Sequence record: NC_100371.1
Source of the DNA: a phage
Direction: 5' to 3' (one strand)
DNA: 64,000 bases
In this document: positions 56,483-64,000 of the stretch, in pieces
How the letters are laid out: each line of letters begins with the position of its first letter
Numbering within the stretch: the first letter of the stretch is position 1
Translations under genes and position numbers: made by a program
The notes under the pieces: generated by a model
What the model saw: only the letters and a program-made list of their open reading frames with translations
Databases searched by the model: none
What the model was told of the DNA's origin: nothing

Positions 56483-56689
56483 ATGAAAGATTTTCTGTTG
56501 GCAATTTTGTTCATGGCAGCATGTCTGGCCTGTGGTGTCGTGTTTGCAGGTGAAACAGCGTATCTTGTCGATGTATATCGGGACAATGGTAAACGTATTT
56601 GCCTTTATGAAACAAGCCAAGGTGAGCTCTACGAGCTTGTTAAACAAGGCGAGGCTGGATCTTGTCCTCGGACTCACTTCTTCGAATAA
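56483..56689 (+). CDS. small membrane protein, candidate holin or lysis accessory (68 aa)
   Basis: Single N-terminal hydrophobic segment FLLAILFMAACLACGVVFA; directly downstream of endolysin. Confidence 0.3.
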   Translation: MKDFLLAILFMAACLACGVVFAGETAYLVDVYRDNGKRICLYETSQGELYELVKQGEAGSCPRTHFFE

Positions 56690-56699
56690 GGTTGGTAGT

Positions 56700-56918
56700 A
56701 TGGCTTTAGAAGGCACTGATTATATTCACGATTACCGTGGGAGTGCAGTGTATGTGGGCGATACTGTTGCAGTATACTACGGTTATGGTTCCCTAGAAAC
56801 AGCGAAGGTCATACAGATCAAGAATGACCGTGCTAAGCTTGAAGTTTATTACTCTAATGGTGAAAGATCGATTTCTAAGTGGAAAGATGGTCATTGTATG
56901 GTCAAATTGGAGGGCTGA
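56700..56918 (+). CDS. hypothetical protein (72 aa)
   Basis: ORF from ATG 56700; ORF-track start at 56532 probably too far upstream. Confidence 0.3.
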   Translation: MALEGTDYIHDYRGSAVYVGDTVAVYYGYGSLETAKVIQIKNDRAKLEVYYSNGERSISKWKDGHCMVKLEG

Positions 56919-57382
56919 TGGAAGACGGACGTTTAATGAAGTCTGAACGCAGGCTTATTGTGCAGCTGATCCCAGAAACAGCTTGGTATAATAATCTCCG
57001 AAACGCTGTGAAGAAGAGTGAGTGGGATAAGATCCGTAAGAAGTGCTACAGAGAAGCCAACTATACTTGTGAGGTGTGCGGCGGTAAAGGCAGCAAACAT
57101 CCGGTGGAGTGTCATGAACTTTACACTTTCGAAGAGGGAGTGATCCGGCTTGTCGGACTGATAGCGTTGTGCCCAGATTGTCACACATCGGTGCATCCTG
57201 GGTTAGCAAATATCCGTGGAAAGTATGCTCAGGCAGTTAATCAGTTGGCTAAGGTGAATAAGATCACCAAGGGTATGGCAGAGGCCTATTACCGAGACTG
57301 CTTTGCAGAATGGCGGGAGCTTAGCAAAGTTCCTGAATGGAGAACTGACTTTTCGTGGATAGAGGGTTACCTTGATGGCTAA
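56918..57382 (+). CDS. HNH-like zinc-finger nuclease family protein
   Basis: CEVCGG...ECHELY...LCPDCHTSVH pattern; GGAGGG RBS; ATGA overlap with upstream ORF. Confidence 0.35.
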   Translation: MEDGRLMKSERRLIVQLIPETAWYNNLRNAVKKSEWDKIRKKCYREANYTCEVCGGKGSKHPVECHELYTFEEGVIRLVGLIALCPDCHTSVHPGLANIRGKYAQAVNQLAKVNKITKGMAEAYYRDCFAEWRELSKVPEWRTDFSWIEGYLDG

Positions 57383-57665
57383 GAAACCTGTAAAAGAGAA
57401 ATTTGATAAGACAGCTTTTGTATTCGATACACCTCTGGACGACATTATTAGAGGTATGCAAGCACTGTATCGAAAGGCTGAATCTGAGCAGTTGTCTGAA
57501 TCAGAACTTTACTGGCTTGGTTGGTGGGAGTTAAACCTGCCTAAAGCTGAAAGTTCTTGTCTGAGAACTGTTAAAACGTGCGCCCAAGAAAACGCCGCAC
57601 TTGGAATCTACCACAAAAGGAAAAGATCAACAAAAAGCTCTCCAAGAAAGACTAAAAAGTCTTGA
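57372..57665 (+). CDS. hypothetical protein (97 aa)
   Basis: ORF only; basic C-terminus. Confidence 0.3.
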   Translation: MMAKKPVKEKFDKTAFVFDTPLDDIIRGMQALYRKAESEQLSESELYWLGWWELNLPKAESSCLRTVKTCAQENAALGIYHKRKRSTKSSPRKTKKS

Positions 57666-57691
57666 CAAAAGTGCTATTAATCTGATATTAT
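57662..57691 (+). promoter_or_regulatory. sigma70-like promoter
   Basis: TTGACA (57662-57667), 18 nt spacer, TATTAT (57686-57691); GGAG RBS and ATG of 57725..58033 follow. Confidence 0.5.
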
Positions 57692-57724
57692 CAGTCAGAT
57701 ATTTATAAACTAGGAGAACTAGAC

Positions 57725-58033
57725 ATGCTTAAAATTTTTATTGTTGAAGATAAAGATATTGTCCAGTTGTATGCAAACGAGAATCATAAAGGTATGATCC
57801 TGAAGAAGGCAAGCAACCTTCATGAAAACACCATTCAACCTGGCGATGTAATTAAGATCTGTGGCTATCTGATACCAGACTCCTTGATGAAAATAACCCA
57901 CCACTGGGGGTCTAATCCGTTCCTTTTTGAAAAATATTGGGATGTTGAGTCGCTTATTGCAGAGAGTGATGATGCATTCCATTACAGCATCCAACCATCT
58001 TGCAGAGTAACTAACAGGAGGGTCTTTGAGTAG
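57725..58033 (+). CDS. hypothetical protein (102 aa)
   Basis: ORF with RBS downstream of promoter-like site. Confidence 0.35.
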   Translation: MLKIFIVEDKDIVQLYANENHKGMILKKASNLHENTIQPGDVIKICGYLIPDSLMKITHHWGSNPFLFEKYWDVESLIAESDDAFHYSIQPSCRVTNRRVFE

Positions 58034-59165
58034 AGAATATCCGCTTATTGAGTCCATAGATTGTCTAGCTGATCTTCTTGAACCTGACGCTATAGTTTAT
58101 TATGACTTCGATCAGGTTGCATACCAAGCTGCAGCAAGCTGTGAAAAAAGGACAATTGAGGTAACACATAAAGCCTCCGGACGTAAGAAGGTGTTTAAAA
58201 CACGAACAGAGTTTTGGGGGAGGCAGAAGAACGCAGTTGGCGGCTGGTTAAAGGCTGAGAACACCAACCGTGAAGCTGCATGTAAAAAAGCTGGCAAGGA
58301 GTTTATTCCGTGGACACGAGAAGATTTCGATGTCTTGGATATCCAAACCCCTGATCCTGTAGAGAACTGCTTGCACACAATTAAGTGTAAAGCTAATGCA
58401 GTCCTTAACTATCTCGGTATTCCTGAAGATCGGTGCGTAGGGGTGCTTGGAGGAACAGGCAATTTCAGACTAGATCTTCCCATGCCGGAACGATATAAAG
58501 CCAACCGTAACAATACTCTTCGACCACTGTTGCTTGAAGATGCAAGACAGTATCTACAAAAGCAATATAACGCTCAAGTGATCAACGGTATTGAAGCTGA
58601 CGACTGGTTAGCTATCCAGCAATTTGAAGGTTGGAACCACTACCAGAAAACAGGAAAGTTCAACAAGTTTATTATCTCTATAGATAAGGACCAGCGAACA
58701 CTTCCTGGGCTTGTATTCGATCCGATGAGGAACGATAAAGGTGATTTTGTAAGAGAGACACCTATGCTCATTGATAACGGTATGGGTAACATATTCATGA
58801 AACCAAACGGCGATGTTGGTGGGTATGGAATGTTGTTCTTCGGTTATCAAATGCTGTGTGGTGACTCGGCTGACAATATTAAGCCTTACCAAGGGCTTAT
58901 TGGTAAAGGAAAGTTTGGAGATGCATCTGCATTCTCCTTACTGTCTCAGTGCAGCACACCGAAAGAGATGTGGTTAGCAATTATTGATCAGTATAAAAAA
59001 TGGTTTCCGAAAGGTGCCGTTAAGTATACTGATTTCAATGGTATCGACCGTAGGATTTCCGTAGGCCAGTGGATGAGTATAATTTTTGACTGTTTGTATA
59101 TGAAGCGAACATTCAATGATCAAACAAAACTTGTTAACGTTCTTAGAAATGTTGGAGCAATTTGA
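58026..59165 (+). CDS. 5'-3' exonuclease / flap endonuclease (T4 RNase H, T5 D15 family), TTG start
   Basis: Motifs INGIEADDWLAIQ and LCGDSADNIKPYQG typical of FEN/5' nuclease family; AGGAGG RBS before TTG. Confidence 0.6.
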   Translation: MSREYPLIESIDCLADLLEPDAIVYYDFDQVAYQAAASCEKRTIEVTHKASGRKKVFKTRTEFWGRQKNAVGGWLKAENTNREAACKKAGKEFIPWTREDFDVLDIQTPDPVENCLHTIKCKANAVLNYLGIPEDRCVGVLGGTGNFRLDLPMPERYKANRNNTLRPLLLEDARQYLQKQYNAQVINGIEADDWLAIQQFEGWNHYQKTGKFNKFIISIDKDQRTLPGLVFDPMRNDKGDFVRETPMLIDNGMGNIFMKPNGDVGGYGMLFFGYQMLCGDSADNIKPYQGLIGKGKFGDASAFSLLSQCSTPKEMWLAIIDQYKKWFPKGAVKYTDFNGIDRRISVGQWMSIIFDCLYMKRTFNDQTKLVNVLRNVGAI

Positions 59166-59488
59166 TGACTAAAAATTCTGTAGATAATGCAATTATGGAA
59201 GCTGTTTTTGAGGATGATCATACAACAGGGACCCTTAAAACAAAAAATACATTTATTGTTGCTACAGGTATGTGGCGGTTGTATGAAGATGACACTATTG
59301 CATACATCCTGTATACTGATGATTACGCAGATGATCGTGTATGGTCTGCTGTTTTAAAAGAAGATTGCGAGCTGATTGAGGGCGAGCGGTTATGCATGTT
59401 TACCAGCGTGGAAACAGACGTTAAGCTTTGCTCTCTTGTGCTATTCAAAGACAAAGCTTATTCTCCAGATGAAGAGGAAACAGCATGA
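59162..59488 (+). CDS. hypothetical protein (108 aa)
   Basis: ORF with overlapping start/stop with neighbours. Confidence 0.3.
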   Translation: MMTKNSVDNAIMEAVFEDDHTTGTLKTKNTFIVATGMWRLYEDDTIAYILYTDDYADDRVWSAVLKEDCELIEGERLCMFTSVETDVKLCSLVLFKDKAYSPDEEETA

Positions 59489-60114
59489 GAGAAAGACTGC
59501 TGTCTATAGACCAGTCTCTTACCCACACAGCCTGTGTTGTATGGGACGATGGTAAGCCTGTTCATAAGATTGTGTTACGCACACAAAGCTCATCTGCAAA
59601 AGAGAAGAAACCAGGGACGGTTTCTTTTGCAACAGCTGCTGAGCGTATTGACTGGATCTGCAAACAGGTTAGATATTATATCCACACGCACGGAGTCGAT
59701 ACTGTGGTTATGGAAGGGCTTTCCTTTGGATCGCGAGGTGATGCCACACGTGAGCTGGCTGGGTTGTTTTACGGTCTTGAAGTTATGCTTTGGGATGCTT
59801 TAGCAGATTGTGAAAATGACGGCCTGTTTAAGGTTCACACAGTGACACCAACAACTGCCAAAAAGTTTGCTCGTAGTCATCTTCCTGAAGAACTTGCTTT
59901 TGAGGAGAAGAAAAAGCTTGACAAAAGGACAGGTAAAGAGCATACTGTGAAGAAACCTGTTACGATGGATAAAAAGTTGATGGTTAAGGCCTGCGAAGTA
60001 TCTGAACCCGGGTTCCTGGATGGGATCAACTTGGTACAAGGTAAGGCCGATCTCGCAGATGCTTATTGGATAGGCAGGGCGCATCTGGAGGGATTATCGC
60101 AAAGCGTAAAATAA
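59485..60114 (+). CDS. RuvC-like Holliday junction resolvase
   Basis: N-terminal LSIDQSLTHTACVVWDD, MEGLSFG and C-terminal DAYWIGRAH acidic-residue pattern consistent with RuvC/RNase H fold resolvases. Confidence 0.45.
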   Translation: MRERLLSIDQSLTHTACVVWDDGKPVHKIVLRTQSSSAKEKKPGTVSFATAAERIDWICKQVRYYIHTHGVDTVVMEGLSFGSRGDATRELAGLFYGLEVMLWDALADCENDGLFKVHTVTPTTAKKFARSHLPEELAFEEKKKLDKRTGKEHTVKKPVTMDKKLMVKACEVSEPGFLDGINLVQGKADLADAYWIGRAHLEGLSQSVK

Positions 60115-60201
60115 GAAAGAAAGCTGTCAAAGCCCCCGTTCATAGCGGGTGGCTAAAAGATTCTAAGGACATAGCTAACTTTCGGAAAGAATTGTCAGAA
60201 G

Positions 60202-60671
60202 AGCAGGATGGTCTTGATCCGATCTTGTGCGAACCACTTCGTAAGCCTTGTTTAGATCATGATCATCTGACTGGTCGTTGCAGGGGTGTTTTGTCCCAAT
60301 GCACTAATACCTTTGAGGGGTATGTGCTTAAATACTGGATGAAATACTGTAACGAGTATACAGATTGCAGTTTATCAGAGGCGTTACGCCGGATGGCTGA
60401 CTATCTGGAGAAAGACTACAGCGACTTCCCGCTCCACAAAAACTACAGAGATGATATGACAAAGTTCTTGAGGAGATGCTCTAAAGCTACGATTATTGCA
60501 CGTGCAGAATCAGATCTCGGTCTTGTCATTAATTCAGAGTATACCAAGCATGAGGCTATTGAGGCCTACATGCAGGAGTTTATAAAGAAAACTGAGGAGA
60601 GAGATTTCTATGGGGACGAAAAAGGTATTCAATCCTTGCGATTCAGTTCTGATCAGGATGAAATACCGTAA
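60202..60671 (+). CDS. endonuclease VII-like (T4 gp49-type) HNH nuclease; start uncertain (TTG 60202 or 60066)
   Basis: CEP...CLDHDHLTGRCRGVLSQCTN matches EndoVII core as I recall it; no in-frame ATG near 5' end. Confidence 0.5.
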
Positions 60672-60831
60672 CTGGAAAGGTGTTGTTGCAGATCGCTGCG
60701 TTACTGAGCCTAATTTATGGTTTGGCTCTACAGAGTATCATAAAGAAGAGCAGTGGTTGATGCATGCATTTGACGTAGATAAGGGCGAATACCGTGACTT
60801 CGCTTTAAAAGACATTCTTCAGTTTTACTAA
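60658..60831 (+). CDS. hypothetical small protein (57 aa)
   Basis: ORF from ATG 60658 overlapping end of EndoVII-like gene. Confidence 0.2.
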   Translation: MKYRNWKGVVADRCVTEPNLWFGSTEYHKEEQWLMHAFDVDKGEYRDFALKDILQFY

Positions 60832-60843
60832 GGAATCTTAACG

Positions 60844-61827
60844 ATGATGACAAAGTTAACTCTTGAGCAAATTTTAACACTAAAGCAACAGGGATACACT
60901 AATAGACAAATTGCTCGTGAATTTTTAGGGCGTGAGTCGCGTGAGAGCTGGATCCGACTACAGCTTAAACGTGCACAAGAGAATATGTCAGAGATTGTAG
61001 GAGAGGCAACGGAGCGCTTCCTTGAAGAACACAAAGGCGCTAAAGTTTGGGTGTATGATACAGAGACATCCCCAACAAACGGCTGGTTCTTTGGGCACTA
61101 TAAGACCAACATTCAAACCTGCGGTATTGAAATTATGCCTTATATGCTAACTTTCGCAGGTAAATGGTTAGACAGCCCTAGTGTGGTCGACTGTGCTCTT
61201 CCTGATTACAAAATGTGGGGCGAGGATATCCACAACGATCTTGAACTGATTCAAGATTTGTGGTATTATCTGGATAAATGTGATGTTGCAGTAGCGCACA
61301 ACTCTGGTTTTGACTGTGGATGGGCCAACCAACGATTTGCATTTCACGGTTTACCACCAACAAGTCCATACAAAGAGGTTGACACCCTCAAGATGATTAA
61401 AAAGGCATTCCGTTTGAATGCAAACACGTTAGAGTATGCATGTAAATACTTCCAACTGGCCCGACAGAAGCTGATTGACCACACATTTGAAATGTGGATC
61501 AAGTGTGTTCATGGTGATCTTGAGGCGTTTAAACAGATGCGGGAGTATAATGTTGGGGACATCTTGTCTCTTGAAGGCCTGTATTTGCTGGCGCGTCCGT
61601 TTGCTAAGCAGCACCCTAACATGTCGTTGTACTACCAAGATGAGGAGTCAAAAGTTCGTTGCCCACGTTGTGGTGGAGAACACCTTCACGAGGAAGAAGC
61701 TTTGGCGTATACTCAGCTGAGTGCATTTAAAACATACCGCTGCGAAGGTTGTGGATCTGTTGTTCGTGATCGTAACAACATCCGTACTAGGGAAGAGATG
61801 AAAAACACCCTTATTCAGATAATCTAA
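60844..61827 (+). CDS. DEDD-type 3'-5' exonuclease with C-terminal Cys4 zinc finger
   Basis: Exo I-like VWVYDTETSP and Exo II-like VAHNSGFD motifs; CPRCGG...CEGCG near C-terminus. Confidence 0.5.
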   Translation: MMTKLTLEQILTLKQQGYTNRQIAREFLGRESRESWIRLQLKRAQENMSEIVGEATERFLEEHKGAKVWVYDTETSPTNGWFFGHYKTNIQTCGIEIMPYMLTFAGKWLDSPSVVDCALPDYKMWGEDIHNDLELIQDLWYYLDKCDVAVAHNSGFDCGWANQRFAFHGLPPTSPYKEVDTLKMIKKAFRLNANTLEYACKYFQLARQKLIDHTFEMWIKCVHGDLEAFKQMREYNVGDILSLEGLYLLARPFAKQHPNMSLYYQDEESKVRCPRCGGEHLHEEEALAYTQLSAFKTYRCEGCGSVVRDRNNIRTREEMKNTLIQII

Positions 61828-61833
61828 CAAATA

Positions 61834-61863
61834 GAGGGAGGCTTGCGCCTCCCTTTTCCTTTT
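61834..61863 (+). terminator. intrinsic terminator (plus strand)
   Basis: GAGGGAGGC-UUGC-GCCUCCCUU hairpin followed by UUCCUUUU; directly after stop of exonuclease gene. Confidence 0.55.
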
Positions 61864-61872
61864 GGAGGCACT

Positions 61873-62679
61873 TTGAGCAAGAAAGAGTCCAACGACAAAT
61901 ATTACACAGACCCCGAGTATGCAGAATATCTTGTTGGTAAAGTAAAAGGTAAGTATGGGAATTGTGCATACGTTGAGCCTTCTGCTGGAAAGGGTTCTTT
62001 TTCAAAACTATTTTCAGAGATACTGTCGTATGATTTGGTACCAGATCCTGAATTTGAAGGCCCAACCCCGTGTATTAAGGCAAACTTCTTAGAGGTGTAC
62101 CCCAAGGCCGATGTATTCATAGGTAATCCTCCATTCGGCAAAAATTCGTCTTTAGCTTGCAAGTTCTTTAACCACTGTGCATCATTGCTAGAGCCTGGTG
62201 GAGCTATAGCCTTCATCTTGCCACGGACTTTTGAAAAAATATTTTTTGCAAACAAACTGGACATGTCGATGCACCTTATTTACAGCGAAAGGTGCCCCAA
62301 GAACTCGTTTTTACTTAACGGCAAACCTTATGACGTGCCATGTGTTTTCCAAATTTGGGAGAAAAAGGTGTGCAATAGGGACCCTGTAGAGATCGGGGAG
62401 AATAAGTTATTTTCTTTTAGCACACCGGACGATTACGACTTCTGTATAAGACGTGTTGGGTATAATGCTGGGAAAGTATTGGGAGAGGATGACCCAAAAT
62501 CTGAAGAATCAACATATTTCATAAAATCTTTAGTTGATGGTGTTGACAGAGTGTTTGCTGAGTGCTATTCTTCTTTTCAAGAAGAAGCAGGTAAGACTGC
62601 TGGAATGAAGAGTATAGGCAAGAAAGAACTACAATACATTTTGGAGACCAGGTATGATCAAAAGTATAGACTTGACTAA
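61873..62679 (+). CDS. DNA N6-adenine methyltransferase (TTG start)
   Basis: Motif I EPSAGKGSF and motif IV FIGNPPFG; GGAGG RBS 4 nt before TTG 61873, downstream of the terminator. Confidence 0.55.
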   Translation: MSKKESNDKYYTDPEYAEYLVGKVKGKYGNCAYVEPSAGKGSFSKLFSEILSYDLVPDPEFEGPTPCIKANFLEVYPKADVFIGNPPFGKNSSLACKFFNHCASLLEPGGAIAFILPRTFEKIFFANKLDMSMHLIYSERCPKNSFLLNGKPYDVPCVFQIWEKKVCNRDPVEIGENKLFSFSTPDDYDFCIRRVGYNAGKVLGEDDPKSEESTYFIKSLVDGVDRVFAECYSSFQEEAGKTAGMKSIGKKELQYILETRYDQKYRLD

Positions 62680-63112
62680 AGAGCTTACTGATGCAAAAGC
62701 TTTTGGTGAGACAGCTGTGCAAAGGGGGCAGGCTATGGGGCTGGCACTACCTTTTGTCTTAAAAGAGCATTTTACAGATTTTCAGCTTATCCGTGGTGAA
62801 AAGGGGATGCTTATTCTGGAGCATAAGCTGAGTAAGAAACGTTATAAAGTTGTTTTTAATTCTAAAGCTCCAACAAAACTTGGATTCAGAACTTACAATC
62901 TCAACCCTTCTTATACTAAGGGTGTTGGAAGAGTGGAACAGCAACATCTCAGTGCTAGAGCTTCTTTAGCCCCTTTGATGCTAAATTTCTCAGGTGTTGC
63001 TTTGGGATACCTGGATAAGAAAAGAGTTCTTCATGTTCGTTTTACAGACTTCGTAACGCTTTTAGCTAACAACGAAGTAGATGAAAAGGGACGTGTAAAA
63101 ACAAACTTCTAA
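62654..63112 (+). CDS. hypothetical protein (152 aa)
   Basis: ORF only. Confidence 0.3.
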   Translation: MIKSIDLTKELTDAKAFGETAVQRGQAMGLALPFVLKEHFTDFQLIRGEKGMLILEHKLSKKRYKVVFNSKAPTKLGFRTYNLNPSYTKGVGRVEQQHLSARASLAPLMLNFSGVALGYLDKKRVLHVRFTDFVTLLANNEVDEKGRVKTNF

Positions 63113-63127
63113 TAACGTGCAGTATGA

Positions 63128-63331
63128 TTGGAGACCGCAATGACACCAGAGTTAACAATTCCAGACAGCTTTTCAGAAAGCTTTATCCCAGAAATGATGA
63201 AGAAGATGCAATCACTGCTTGATCAGATTGAGGAGGCTGTTTGGGAAGACGATGCTGTAGTAGCTAACGAGCTGGTAGATAAGTGTAAAAGTATTATTGA
63301 TGCAATTGAAGAATACCACGGAGGTTTTTAA
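63128..63331 (+). CDS. hypothetical acidic protein (67 aa)
   Basis: ORF only. Confidence 0.3.
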   Translation: METAMTPELTIPDSFSESFIPEMMKKMQSLLDQIEEAVWEDDAVVANELVDKCKSIIDAIEEYHGGF

Positions 63332-63933
63332 TGGATATTATTGTTCTTAATGCTCCACCAAGTTCTGGAAAAGACCATATCGCAGATCTTTTGTTGGAAG
63401 CCATTCCAAACTCGCATCACCGCGAGGTAAAGGAAATGCTATTCAGTGTGGCAATTAAGGCAGCGGGTATTTCACCACAGTTGTGGAATGCACTCTATGA
63501 TCGCCGCTACAAAGAAGAACCGTGCCCGTTCTTAATGATAGACGGCAAGCATGTTTCTCCGCGAGAATGGATGATCCATTGTAGTGAAAATCTGATTAAA
63601 CCTATCTTTGGTGAAGACGCTTTCGGTAAGGCCGCAGTCGCATCCTTGAAGAAAGATTTCCCTGAAGGTAAAGGGGTTGTTGTTTACTCCGATGGTGGCT
63701 TCAAAGAGGAGCTGGCATGCCTTGGCGAGTACGCATACAGCACAGGTGGCGATCTTCTACTGTTCCGTATCCACCGTGCAGGATATGATTGGGGAAATGA
63801 TTCCAGAACTTACCTTAGCCTAGAGAAGAACGGGATAAAAGGTATCGAGTTTGATGTTGTTAACCCTGAGGGGTCTCCTTGGGAGTGCGCATCTGAGATT
63901 GTGTGCAAGTATATTGATGCTAAAGAGGTCTGA
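63331..63933 (+). CDS. P-loop nucleotide kinase, dNMP kinase-like
   Basis: N-terminal IVLNAPPSSGKDHIADL resembles the glycine-rich loop of T4 gp1-type dNMP kinases; weak. Confidence 0.4.
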   Translation: MDIIVLNAPPSSGKDHIADLLLEAIPNSHHREVKEMLFSVAIKAAGISPQLWNALYDRRYKEEPCPFLMIDGKHVSPREWMIHCSENLIKPIFGEDAFGKAAVASLKKDFPEGKGVVVYSDGGFKEELACLGEYAYSTGGDLLLFRIHRAGYDWGNDSRTYLSLEKNGIKGIEFDVVNPEGSPWECASEIVCKYIDAKEV

Positions 63934-64000
63934 GAACAATGCTGATCGGAACTGATGTAGATTTAACACTGGTAGACTCAGGAACAGCATGGTGGGAGTG

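Noticed and set aside
1-64000. Integrase, repressor or attachment site (temperate lifestyle), toxin-antitoxin or restriction-modification pair
   Set aside because: No tyrosine or serine recombinase motifs or CI-like repressor seen; the only methyltransferase has no adjacent restriction endonuclease candidate, so it is more likely an orphan protective methylase.

Overview
This window looks like a large, probably virulent, tailed-phage genome segment with enterobacterial-type composition; no integrase or repressor was seen. Positions 1-45,800 (minus strand) are a late structural block: many tail-fibre/spike-like genes, a lambda J-like central fibre, baseplate-like genes, tape-measure protein with chaperone pair, tube- and sheath-like genes, neck, capsid, decoration, scaffold, portal, and a terminase large-subunit gene split by a group I intron carrying an HNH homing endonuclease, preceded by a spanin pair. 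A seven-gene tRNA cluster (46.2-47.1 kb, minus strand) has its own sigma70-like promoter. At 47.2-51.0 kb are small minus-strand genes, an iteron-like repeat array and a P-loop kinase plus metallophosphatase. From 51.1 kb the plus strand carries an early/middle block: RNA ligase, Sir2-like protein, MazG-like protein, DNA ligase, lambda R-like endolysin, several nucleases, an adenine methyltransferase and a dNMP-kinase-like gene. Functions are assigned by reading motifs, size and gene order only; no database search was run. The best candidates for something new are the terL intron, the split RNA-repair module next to the tRNAs, the Sir2-like operon and the 49.1-49.6 kb repeat region.
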